This document shows, piece after piece, positions 13,022-23,931 of a stretch of DNA of 49,966 bases. The stretch is from Blastocystis sp. subtype 4. Lineage: Eukaryota. The notes under the pieces were generated by a model. That model was not told the DNA's origin and ran no database searches. It saw nothing but the letters and a program-made list of their open reading frames with translations. Numbering within the stretch: position 1 is the stretch's first letter; each line of letters opens with the position of its first letter. The stretch covers positions 1 through 49,966 of the forward strand of contig NW_014569508.1 in assembly GCF_000743755.1 (NCBI RefSeq). Reading direction: 5' to 3'. Made by a program: the position numbers and the translations under genes.

Positions 13022-13507
13022 GCAAAAACACCCTCCTAACCAGCTATTGCGATTAACTAGGTTGGCGTGTTACGATTTGGGATGGCGCAGAAATGGCGCA
13101 AGACAGAGAATCGTTATGCAATCCTTTTCAACAAAGTGTACAAGTTTACGATTTAGTGATGAAATTCAACGAAAAAGAACGCAGATATGAGATTTAAATG
13201 CAGTTAGTATCGAAAGGGAATCACAGAGGAATGTATATACTTAATCTGAGTTTTGACTCGTTAATGGAACTATTCATATAAAGTCACATGTACCTCTCAT
13301 CCATTGTTTCAAATCATCGATGTCAACCATTATTCAGTAAAGGCACATCTCGATGTCGATTTCTTGATCTCGCCCCAAATCCTCCTAGATATAAGTTGTC
13401 TGGTTGAGTTCTCATTTCCACTATGTTTCTAAGGCTTTCAGTTTTCGGGCGTTTCAACCTAATGTTGCAAAAACGGTCATTTTGGACTAGCAAACGAAAG
13501 GACTACG

Positions 13508-15119
13508 ATGGATAATACTATTGATGCCCCTGCTACAAATTCTGGAAGAATGTTGAAGACTTCAGAAGGTAGAGAACGATCTCTCTCAGAGGAACGTGTT
13601 AAGTTTATGGAAGAGGAATGCGATGTATGGGACATATTGTTGATATGATCTGTAGTTTCTTTGTGGTGAATTGTCGACATGGTTGTCGACTCTCTCTGGA
13701 AAAGAAATTGATTCTGACCTGCTCACATCTCTACGTGATGGAATCGTTGGTGATTAGTTTTTGTTTCAGTTATAGACTTTGTGTGAGATCTTCCATCAGC
13801 AGCTTCCTTCCATCCCCATTGATGAGTATCATGAGAAAGGAAGTGGATTATGTTTGATTGTGTGAGTTGTAGAGACAGTAACTTTCCTTGCTTACGATAA
13901 CATTAGTATTTTTGCTCGAGCATGTCAGAAATTGGGTATCCCTGCTCAGGAATGTATTTCTCCCAACATGTTTGAGAATGGTCAGGTAATCCTAACGAAT
14001 GAGAATAAATGGTAGCGCAAAGAACTCGTGAATAGTCTCTTACGTTTTGCTGTGTATGGTTGCAAGTATGGTTTGAAACCTTTGAAGGTATTGACTTCTT
14101 CCCGTCTTGAATCCTGTCGTGATTGGTGAAGTGAGTGATATATAGTTATCAAGACAGTTCCTAAGGCCATTGTGAGTGAAATGGATGAGGCTGTAAAGAG
14201 AGAGGAGGAGGAGGAGAAGGAAGAGGAAGAGAGGAAGGAGAAGGAGGAGAAGGAGAGGAAGGAGAAGGAGGAGAAGGAGAGGAAGGAGAAGGAAGAGAAG
14301 GAGGGGAAGGAGAAGGAAGAGAAGGAGAGGAAGGAGAAGGAAGAGAAAGAGAGGAAGGAGAAAGAGAGACTAGAGAAGGAGGAGAAGGAAGAGAAAGAGA
14401 GGAAGGAAAAGGAACAACTAGAGAAGGAAGAAAAAAAGAAGAAGGAGGGAGAGAAAGAGAGGAAAGAAAAGGAAAAAGCCGAGAAAACTCCAGCACTAAC
14501 AGAAGAAGAGAAGAAGGCCTTGGAGAGGAAGAAAGCAGCAGAAGAAGCTGCAATAAAACGTCGTCGTGAAGAGGCAGCAAAGAAAGCTGAGAAGGAACGA
14601 CAACTTCAACAAGAATTATCCGATTATATGGCAAAGATGGCGGAAGAACGTGAGAAGAAGCAAGCAGAAGAGGCAGCAAAACGATCAATGGAGGAGGAGG
14701 AAGAAGCTCGGAAAGATGCTGAGAGACAGAGAAAGAGAGAGGAATTACGTGCAAAGAAGGCTGCAGAAGAAGAAGCTATGTGGGAAGAATTGTTGAAACG
14801 ACAAGAAGAAGAGGATAGAAAGAGACAAATAAGACGATTGATTGAAGAGGATGAACCTGAGATGAAGAAGAAGGAGTTGAGAACATATGAAAAGAAACAG
14901 GAGATTCGTAAGAAGCCTGAAGAAAAGAAGAAGAGGAGAAAAGAAAGAAAGGTGACTGAGAAGAGTCAGTTACTTCAGAAGGAGGAAGCAGAGACTGTGA
15001 TTGTAACAAGCGGAATGAGAGAAGAAGAAAAGGCAAAGCTTGTGATGTGGGCTATTATTGTGTTGTTACTTGCTTTCATCGCAGTATCTTTCTATATGAA
15101 TAATTATCACTGCATTTGA
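13508..15119 (+). CDS. Calponin-homology (CH) domain + E/K/R-rich helical rod + C-terminal transmembrane anchor
   Basis: Spliced N-terminus LSTWLSTLSG..LLTSLRDGITLCEIF..YDNISIFARACQKLGIP..LVNSLLRFA (CH domain); ORF 14172-15119 gives the charged rod and LVMWAIIVLLLAFIAVSFYM. Confidence 0.75.
14195..14369 (+). repeat. 175-nt pure-purine tract containing imperfect 24-bp tandem repeats (ERKEKEEK)
   Basis: Only A/G from 14195 to 14369; unit about GAGAGGAAGGAGAAGGARGAGAAG, roughly 5-6 copies. Confidence 0.9.
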
Positions 15120-15531
15120 TTGTTAAGAAACCATCGAAAGAAACGAATAACAACTATGAGAAAAGGTATTAGTAGATACAGCTCAACTACAGAGAAAAAT
15201 ATACACGGAACAGTCTCCAACGATTCCGGAATCCGTCAGCAAAGGATCCATGGTTCTTCGATGCTGGCTCTACAAATAAGTCCCTTTTCCATATCCTACC
15301 AGCAACATCAGAACAGTTCATGTCACGTTCTTCAATATTAGGTCGAGGAGTTCGACTTGAGGAAATCGATGAGGCCAAAATAATCCCATTGTCATCAATC
15401 GAATGGGAACGAGTAAAGTTAGATCCGATATCATCACCGGATGTTAAGAACGAATCGAGTTGAATTGAATAATCTTCGCTATCTTGAATCGTCACTGCCC
15501 TAAGAATAATAAGAATGCGGAATTATAACAT
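15107..15531 (-). CDS. Small hypothetical, probably tail-anchored membrane protein
   Basis: The ATG is reconstituted across a 30-nt intron (15500-15529); ORF 15187-15495; a probable last exon encodes LYLLIPFLIVVIRFFRWFL. Confidence 0.4.
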
Positions 15532-15969
15532 ATTCAGAGGGCACAGAAAGGATATAAAAAAGTGAGGAACAACGTATAACAAGGGAGTTTCATCAGAAAC
15601 AATGTTCCAATGCTAACATGTTGGTATTAGGATGGTGGAAATGACACCAAAAAGAGTGGATTAACTGGAGGGAGATACTGGAAAGGAAATGAACAGGAAT
15701 CTCCATCACGTGAACAGTGATGATCGGAGCAGTACCAAATAAAGCACACTAATGAGTAGTAGACAAAAATAGGTGTTATACTGCAATTGATGAGCTTGGG
15801 ATACGCACAAGGATAGTGTTCTAATGAGTATCGATAAATAGAATTCTTTTCCTATAGAGTTATAAACTCACTGAAGCATGAATACTTAACATATTCATTT
15901 CTTCTGTTCCTCAAGGAAACTATTTTATTGTTTGGTTACCTTGACCTCGGCAATCTACAAAGGAAAAAG

Positions 15970-16234
15970 GATGAACAGACAGAATCTACGATACTTCTTC
16001 AATAGTGGACGGCCAATGACAGAAACGTGTAAAACAATTGTCAAATATTCTCTATATGGATTCAGTTTGTCTTTATTATTAGGCCTGGGAAAACGAAGTA
16101 CATTACTTATTAGGAGGTATTACTTGCAAACGACTATGTTTGGAGCAGGTGTTGGATGTGGAATTGAGATAGCAAATCATGATCACCTTGCATTTGAGAA
16201 GAAACATCATTTGGAGGAAACAGAAATTGAATAA
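15970..16234 (+). CDS. Small two-TM protein resembling MICOS subunit Mic10
   Basis: Two hydrophobic segments separated by KR/RR, the second with FGAGVGCG (GxGxGxG); TA|AATG|TGTTTGTT at the 3' end. Confidence 0.45.
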
Positions 16235-16258
16235 ATGTGTTTGTTAGAAACATAGGAA

Positions 16259-17244
16259 CTAGTTTCCGAACAGATAACTTGCCGCCATGTCAAGATTCTT
16301 ATCACAAGCCAGATATGCAGTTATGGACTCTTCTTCTGAAAAACCTAATTGCATAAGCTATTAATTACTGTAGTTGATTCACCGATACGGTTTGAATTGC
16401 TTTCACATCTTCTTCTGTTAGACGGATCTGACCTTCTTCTGGAGAACTTCACATGATCAAAGAAACCCAAACATACGATTCGGATACTTGATCTTGAGGA
16501 ACGTGACTTGCTGCTACAATTGCATCGACAAGAATGGTCGGATTCTCAACAAGGCACTACAATAAGAGAAGTATCAAGAGTGTACTGAAAATAATCGGGA
16601 ATCACGCTTCTGAATAATCTCTAAAAGCAAATCACATTTCTGTGGGAGCTGGGCACAGGACATCAACGCAACAAGATAATCTTTGGAGGATAATATACGC
16701 CTCGCATACTCTTCATCTGTTTCTTGGGTTGAAGGATTTTGTAGTTGCTGTGTAGGCTGCCATGTATTTGAACTTGCTGGTTCTGGTTTGCGTTCCACTT
16801 GCTGGAATTCTGGTTTCACTTGCTTTTGCTTCTGTTCTACCTGTTCCTTCTTTGGATCAACTTGACTATCACTGATAGAACTCTGCTTATTCATATTTGT
16901 AGGTTCAGAAGAATGTGCTTGTGACTTTACAGGATCCTTCTACTGTTCAGTATGACAATCAGTTATAACTCGTAAAACTCCGATGATCCTACTTGTTTCT
17001 ACAATTGCCTTTTCAGCAAGTGTTTCTGTTGGCTTCAATTGGCGACCTTTCATCACCTTCACATTATCAATACACGGAATACAATACTAGACTAATGTGA
17101 TCAGGTTTATAGTTCTCATGTTCGGCAATAATATTAATGATATCTGCAACCTAGACGTAATGGGCTTCATTCACTTGATACGGTGGAACATTTACTCAAA
17201 TCAACATCTACAGTCACTCCACTGTTAATAAAAGAGACTTTCAT
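16259..17244 (-). CDS. RAD23: UV excision repair / proteasome shuttle protein RAD23-like
   Basis: N-terminal ubiquitin-like exons (KVMKGRQLKP), STI1/XPC-binding-like segment, C-terminal UBA (LGFSEEESITAYLACDKNLDMAASYLFGN*). Confidence 0.8.
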
Positions 17245-17381
17245 TCGGTTTGAATCTCTCACAAGAATCTTGTGAAGATAAAAGTGCGTGTCTTGGAATG
17301 TACCGTTGCCATAATATTCCAAAAACGGTACTACGGAATGTATTGACTGTAACTTGGAGGCCCAGTCCTATTCAAGTGTGC

Positions 17382-18728
17382 ATGGCGACAGTTATTCCTT
17401 TTCATTCTTGTCTCATGTTTTCGATATCAAGAGCCTATCATTTGGATCCTCAAATTGCTGAGTTACGTCAGAAGGTTCCATCAAAGGAATTAACAAAGGA
17501 TTTAGTTGTGAATCTCATTTCAAATCCCCGTTCTATGAATGCCTATGTATGAATTTCAGGTTGGTAGAATATGTAGGATATGGAGTATATTATTCAACTA
17601 TGTATGAAATACCACATGCCTGGACTTGCATTGAACTTCTTTACTTCTCTAGAAACACTTCGATTGGTGACAAACAACGAATTCAGTGATTTGTAGTTAC
17701 CAGAATTGACGTACCCAACTGTATCGAATCTGTTGCGAATGTGTACATTGAAAAGAGAGAGCAAACTGATTGATCACATCTATGATAGTACACCCGATAA
17801 ATTGCGAATGACTTGCAAATTTCAGGCAGAGTATGCTCGCGCTCTTTTGGCCAGTGGAGACTATTACACTGGGATTCAGATTGTCCGTCAATTTGTTCAA
17901 AGTGGTCTTCATTCAAGCGATTGTAACAACATCCTTCTCGAAGGTCTTTCTGAAGGGAACTATAACGAGGAGTGTCTTCGTTTGTACATGCGGATATGCC
18001 AAGCAATGAAAAGAGCCACTAATGGAGAACAAATTCAATTATATTCCCATGGATATAGTGCAGTAGTTCGAAGTGCATGTCGTTTGAAGAAGGTTAGGCT
18101 TGCTGAATCAGTGATGGCGGAAATGCATCAACGTGATATCATTCCTCTTGAATTTGCTTTCTTTGAAATGTGTGAAGTAAAAACTATTTCACGAGTTGAT
18201 AGTTAGATGTACGAACATCGAACAGATTGGCGTCGAACTCTGAAACAAACTGAACAACGATTGAAATTGAAGCAAATTCAGCTAACTGATAAAGAGTGAT
18301 AGTCACATGTTCAGATGAAATGTAGAAAGCATATTCTGACAGCATCTCTCAAGGAAAAACAGTATCAAAAAGCTGTAAATGTGATGGAAGAATATTGTCG
18401 GTATTATGGAGACCAAGAGGAAATAGATTGCAAGACTCACAGTATTCTGTTACAACTTTCGAATCTACCTGTTTCCCCTGCTCGTATGATGACATTGATG
18501 ACATTTTATCGTTATGAATCACGGACAAATGATTTATCTCTAATCATTGAAGCTGGAACGAATGTGGAATCCATATCAAAGTTATTGCGTTTGGACATTT
18601 TTCCATTGATTTCGTTTAGTCAAAGCGTTAAATTATTGAGTTGGATTGAGAAGTAGAAAGGAACAATTCAGATTCCAGGAGAAGGTATTCGAATGTGGCT
18701 TCATCGTAACAAACAAATATCACTTTAG
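17382..18728 (+). CDS. Pentatricopeptide-repeat (PPR) protein
   Basis: PPR-like units CNNILLEGLSEGNYNEECLRLYMRI and YSAVVRSACRLKKVRLAESVMAEMHQRDIIP. Confidence 0.65.
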
Positions 18729-19869
18729 TTGAATGTACTCTGCTATTCGTTTTGTTTTATCCTCTTTCACCACATACAAGCAACGACCACACACAGGTTG
18801 ATTTGAGAATCTACGACATGAAATCCACTCATTCAATGATACTCTCCACACAACTGACAAGTCTGTAAGGATTCGCTCATCGTTTCAGGACAATACTGCA
18901 ATTTATCAACTGTCTCTGTCACAATATGTACAGTAGAGTCACATTCGTTTTGGAGCAATTCCACCATATCGCGTGCTAACCTGTACACACTCTCTCCAGA
19001 TGTTGATAAGAAGGTGAAATCTGTTTCAAACGAAATATTCTTGTAATGACAATACAAGACCAATTCGCGTGATGTGCATGGTCCTAAAGGATACCCAATC
19101 CAACAATTAGAATTGGGAATTTGTTTTAAGGATGAAATGGAGGAAGAGTAAGCTAGCATATAACCCATTGCATTACTGGCTGAATGAAGGACATTCTCTG
19201 TAACATGATCCATTGTGTATCCATAGAGGAGATAAGTAGAGTCACCAAGAGATCGAACATGCTCCTGGAGAAGATGACTCCTCACAATCATCATCAAATC
19301 CTCCTTACTATCAGTTGATCTATCGAAAGGAATTGAAAGGAAAGGAACTACTTTAAATCTTTGAATATGGACTGCATTCGAAGTGGATCTCCTCCAAAGA
19401 GTGGATGCTTCTCTGCTCTGATTACGGTACATGGAAATCGTTGTGATTTGAAGGGTATATGTGAACGAACTTTTCTTTTGAGAGGAATCAAGTCTCGAAT
19501 GGAATCAAAATCGATATATACAAGAGAAACCTATTTATTAATCGCTGAAATTACAACTTACATCAAAATCAAGTTTTGACTTGGACACATATATGGCTTC
19601 ATATAATAACTCTACAAGAGCACTATAGATTTCATTTTCAATTCAGATTCATACGTAGAACAAGAACCACCTGAGAAGGCAATTACCAAACGAGATTTGC
19701 GAGGAATTTTGAGTTTGTGGATTTGACCCCGAAACATCCGCATGATAGAATTCAAAAAACATTCTTTACAAGCGAAGTGATGACGCGTACTCACACATGT
19801 GGACGACCCCTACAATTCATAGCTTTTTTCAAACCAAACTTTGCATTTGTAGCAGACTCTTGATGACAT
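18720..19869 (-). CDS. CTU2: Cytoplasmic tRNA 2-thiolation protein 2 (Ncs2/CTU2)-like
   Basis: CYKCK..CKECF N-terminus, VIAFSGGSCS PP-loop, YPLGPCTSRELVLYC, LQNECDSTVHIVTETVDKL, C-terminal CQLC..CGRC; TGA|TATT|TGTTTGTT. Confidence 0.8.
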
Positions 19870-19938
19870 TTGCAATTCTCTTGTTGACACGAGAATCGCG
19901 GGAATAACATACTGTTATCAACTCATCAAGAGATCCTA

Positions 19939-21160
19939 ATGGAACCAAATCAACAAGTTTGGGACAGCCTATATAAAGAATTCTGCAGTAGAATTGCAGG
20001 TAAATCCTGATCAAATAGAGAATTGTGGAAGTGAAGAATGGACATATAATTGGTATCTATATCGTCAACTTGAAATTGCACATTGGCATTATGAAGATTG
20101 GTATTGTAAGAAGCATCATGTGAGTACGACAACCAAGACACCTTTTTTTATGTGCTATCCAATGAAGTCGGGTGACGATGCATTTTATAATGCTTTTTTA
20201 AAGCAGTTTCCAGTTATTGCGCAAAAGATTGGTGATTTGGAAGAAGCAAGAAAAGCTCGCAACCGAGCAATGCGAGAAATTGAACGTGTTGGAGGAATTA
20301 TTTGTGATAGGAGTACCAAATCCTTCCTATTAGTCAAAGATGCTTCTACGCAGAGTCTGATGTTTCCTCGAGGAAAGGTAAACAAGAGTGAATCCAGACG
20401 TGAGTGTTTAGTACGGGAACTAAAAGAAGAATTGGGGATTAATCTCAACGATTGCAAAGTGACGGATTGTTGTATTGTAGTTCCTCAGATTGGAGGAGAA
20501 CACACTTCTTATTATTGTCTAATCACAAACCTTCGTCAGATGAATTTGCTCCCACACCCTCGTGAAATTGAATCATTTACATGGATGTCATTATCAGAGA
20601 TTCAGAATACAGATAGTCGTATTTTCTATGGTGTGAAGGAGTTGTTACCATTTCTTTCCCATTTTGCTCACAAGTTTAAGAAATGGAAAGATGGTGTTGC
20701 ATTAAAGCAATTTAGTGATTATAATCGTGACGAACTCATTCCTCATTACCAGATCGTTTCTTTGGCTCTTGTGATTGACGTATAGAGAATGAGTTCAACA
20801 GGTGAATTTTCGTATATTAAGGTATCGAAAGCAAAACGAGCTATTGTTGATGATCATGAGAATGTTGCAACTTTTGGGACAAAGGGTATCGTAAAGCAAT
20901 ATACAGTGGATGATTTCATTCATTTCAATGAACAAATCGAAAAAAGACACATTCCGAAATATGATGGGAATCCGAACACATTTGGTGATCCTGATCCCGC
21001 AGCAAAAATCAAATCATACTCAATTCCTCTTCATAGTGTACCCTATTTCGATCAAACCAAGTATATTGACAAATCAGTGCAGCCGTCCGTCCATTTCACT
21101 TTTGATTACCATCGTCTTCGAAATGCGTATCTACATAATGTCTATAACTGTTTTCAATAA
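19939..21160 (+). CDS. DCP2: mRNA decapping enzyme DCP2-like Nudix hydrolase
   Basis: Box A QLEIAHWHYEDWY; Nudix box FPRGKVNKSESRRECLVRELKEELG; PREIESFTW. Confidence 0.8.
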
Positions 21161-21168
21161 ACACTCGA

Positions 21169-23609
21169 TTATCGATAATGATCATGAAAAGAAATACACT
21201 GCTCTGTAATGTCAAGAAGACTCAATAAAGGATGTTCAACATGATTGTCAATGTTTTTCCTATAGGTTATCGTCATCGACCAATGTCACATCAATTGTCG
21301 ATAAGTACTTCGAAACATTCGTTTGATGAGATAGATGTTAAAACAAGATTTTCCCAGATTATTCGTCGTATTTACAGGATCCAACACCTCCACAAGATCA
21401 TTCTCAAACAGCGAACAAGAAGGCAATTGTTTTGACATTTCTTCCTATTCCATAAATCATCCCAATTTTGTTATACTCGACTAAAGAAACCCAGATCAGC
21501 ACTCGCTCCTGTTGTGATATAGTTGAACTCAAATCCGAGAAAGTACAGCATCCCAAGAATCAACTCTCCTAGCTCTAGAGACTTCGACTCATCTACTAAT
21601 GATAGTTAGAACTCATCACTACAACTCCGATTAACCGTCTGTTCGTGAGATACATCTGAATGAAGCAGCTGTTGCTGATAGTAGGCCATCACCACAATCA
21701 CAGCGGCAACACTGTTCATTCCTCCTTCATATGCTGAGTTCAATTGGTTCTCATACTAACTCTGATTCATCTTCAATTGTATTACCAGTAATTCCTTGAT
21801 AAATAAGATCAATGGAGTTAATTCCCAAAACCTGTTCAATCGATTCCTGATCAGAACCGCCGTTATAATGCCCGTATGTGTGGTTGAGATTTGAGTGATA
21901 TCACACACAAGAAGATCCGAATCCAGAGTTGGAATGAGAGTGGTGTTGGTCATCACAGTTGGGTCAATCACAACCTTCACCACCTGAACACTTCCTTTGA
22001 TATGCTGAAATTGTGACAATTTCTGGAATTCCTACTTTCACTTCACGGATCCAGGGAATGTCTTGTAAGACAGCGGCAATCTTATCCAGCAGGTCTGTGT
22101 TATCAACAATCACAAGATCAACATCAGAAGAGGGAATCATCAAACCAGTTCGAGAGGAACCATACAACTAGATGAAATCAGAAATGACAAAATAATACCT
22201 CAATTTGTGCTTGGGAGAAGGAAGCATGAATGATTCGTGTGAGTTCATCCACCACAGCAAGATACCCACGTCGTCGCCAACTACATCGATTCTGACACCA
22301 TTCCGCAAATAGCAATAATTCATCTCCAAATTGCTTAAGAAGGAGTGGATTATCCCTAGCCATCAATGAGATTCCTTTTGGAGTTTGTTCACGACATACA
22401 TATGAATCGACATGTGAGTCAAATTCCATTGCTCCATCGAGGATATGTGCATATACCTCACTGGATGATAGCATTACAGTCGTAGGACCAGGTCCCTGAG
22501 GAAATGAGATACCATACATCGCTTTGCATCTGATCTCATGAGAATGATCACATCCTTACAGTCGTTCGAGATAACACAGCATATGACGTAGGACTTGCAT
22601 TACAGGCAGATTCAGATAGATTAGAACAGGAACACAATAAATAGTTTGGATCTGATAGTGATTCTCTTCGAGAAGCTGGAGGAGTGGCCTGCTGATCTCA
22701 AGCGACGTTGACTAGAAATGATCGAACTGATAAATACTTACGGAAATGCGGAAATAGTCAGAGAAAATCAGAGGATGGAGATTGGCAGGAAGATAGGAAT
22801 TCCAGAATTCTAGGAGAGTATGTTCCTGTTGTTCAATCAACGGATCGATTTGACGGGTTTGTTGTTTTAAAAGACTAAAAATGAGCAGAAGAAGAGAAGC
22901 AAAACAATCTCCAACATTTAATGTCAATCATCTGGATGATCCACAAATCCTACATCTCATTGGAAGTGAATAATACAACAAGTGTGAATTGCTTTGAAGT
23001 TTTATAATAGGAAGTAGAGAACGGAGCATCAGCACTAATGTTGGTACGTTCCTGTAAGAAGCTATTCGCCGTCATAGACTGGAAAAACGATCGCATCTCA
23101 CTATCAATTAGATGAGAGAGAGAAAAGTACGAAAACTTATAAAGGAATTGGGGAGAAAAGTGGATTGTCACATTTCCTTGAGGAAACTCACGAACTTGAA
23201 GATATGAAAGCATCTATATGACTACATAGGAAGAATTCCTACACTACTTCCACCTGTTTCATAACCTTCCTGGATCTGTATAGTTCGTTGGCCCATATTA
23301 TCCTTCAGGAATACAAAACATTCTACTAATCAAAATAGGATGGAAAGATAACTTGTAGAACAATCTCGATAACGGAAGAGTGAAAAGAACAATTTCATCC
23401 ATTCACCTTCAGTAATAGTAAGTACCTACAAATGAATAAGACTATCAAAAGTGAGAATAGCTACTTTGTCGAGTACTTCCAGTTTTAGCGACCTAATACG
23501 ATTCCAAGCGTCATCACTATTTCGAGGATACTGTTTATTCTTTTTCTGTTATATTAGATAAAGAAAATAAGGAACTTACTTGAGATGACTGATGAGGACT
23601 TCGGTTCAT
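21169..23609 (-). CDS. Non-canonical poly(A) polymerase / TRF4-PAPD5-like nucleotidyltransferase with N-terminal extension
   Basis: YGSSRTGLMIPSSDVDLVI catalytic motif; VCDIT; LILFIKELL; YEGGMNS; PAP-associated DPVNTTNNLG. Confidence 0.78.
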
Positions 23610-23931
23610 CGATTATTATTGATCAGAAACAATACAAAATCAACACGAATGAAGAGGAGAGTAAAGCCCAAACTCTCGGAAAACGACCACCAAATGCACT
23701 GGAAGTGGAGCGAAACCAAACAGGAAAAAGAGGATGATACCTGAGCTAAACCCCAGTTGATTTGTAGCTCAAAGCGAATTGAATGATAACCGCGGGGAAG
23801 ATAATATGTCTACTGAACTATAATCATCATTCCGAAAAAGAAGATATAAAGAAAAGATAAACAACTCAGTGAACCTCTTTCGATAAGCCGAATAATCATC
23901 ATTCTAGTTTTTGGAGGGAGGTGAAAGTCGT

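Noticed and set aside
13030..13480. Possible extra small gene or 5' exons between the FYVE and CH genes
   Set aside because: Only short open frames are present and no consistent spliced model could be built by eye.
14161..14754. 197-aa Pro/Ser/Leu-rich minus-strand ORF
   Set aside because: It is the antisense shadow of the purine-rich E/K repeat.
15548..15555. ATATCCTT (minus) upstream of the small gene
   Set aside because: There is no branch motif at the expected spacing, and a 30-nt GT-AG intron explains the region.
19086..19094. GTATCCTTT on the minus strand in CTU2
   Set aside because: It encodes the conserved GYPL segment within an uninterrupted ORF.
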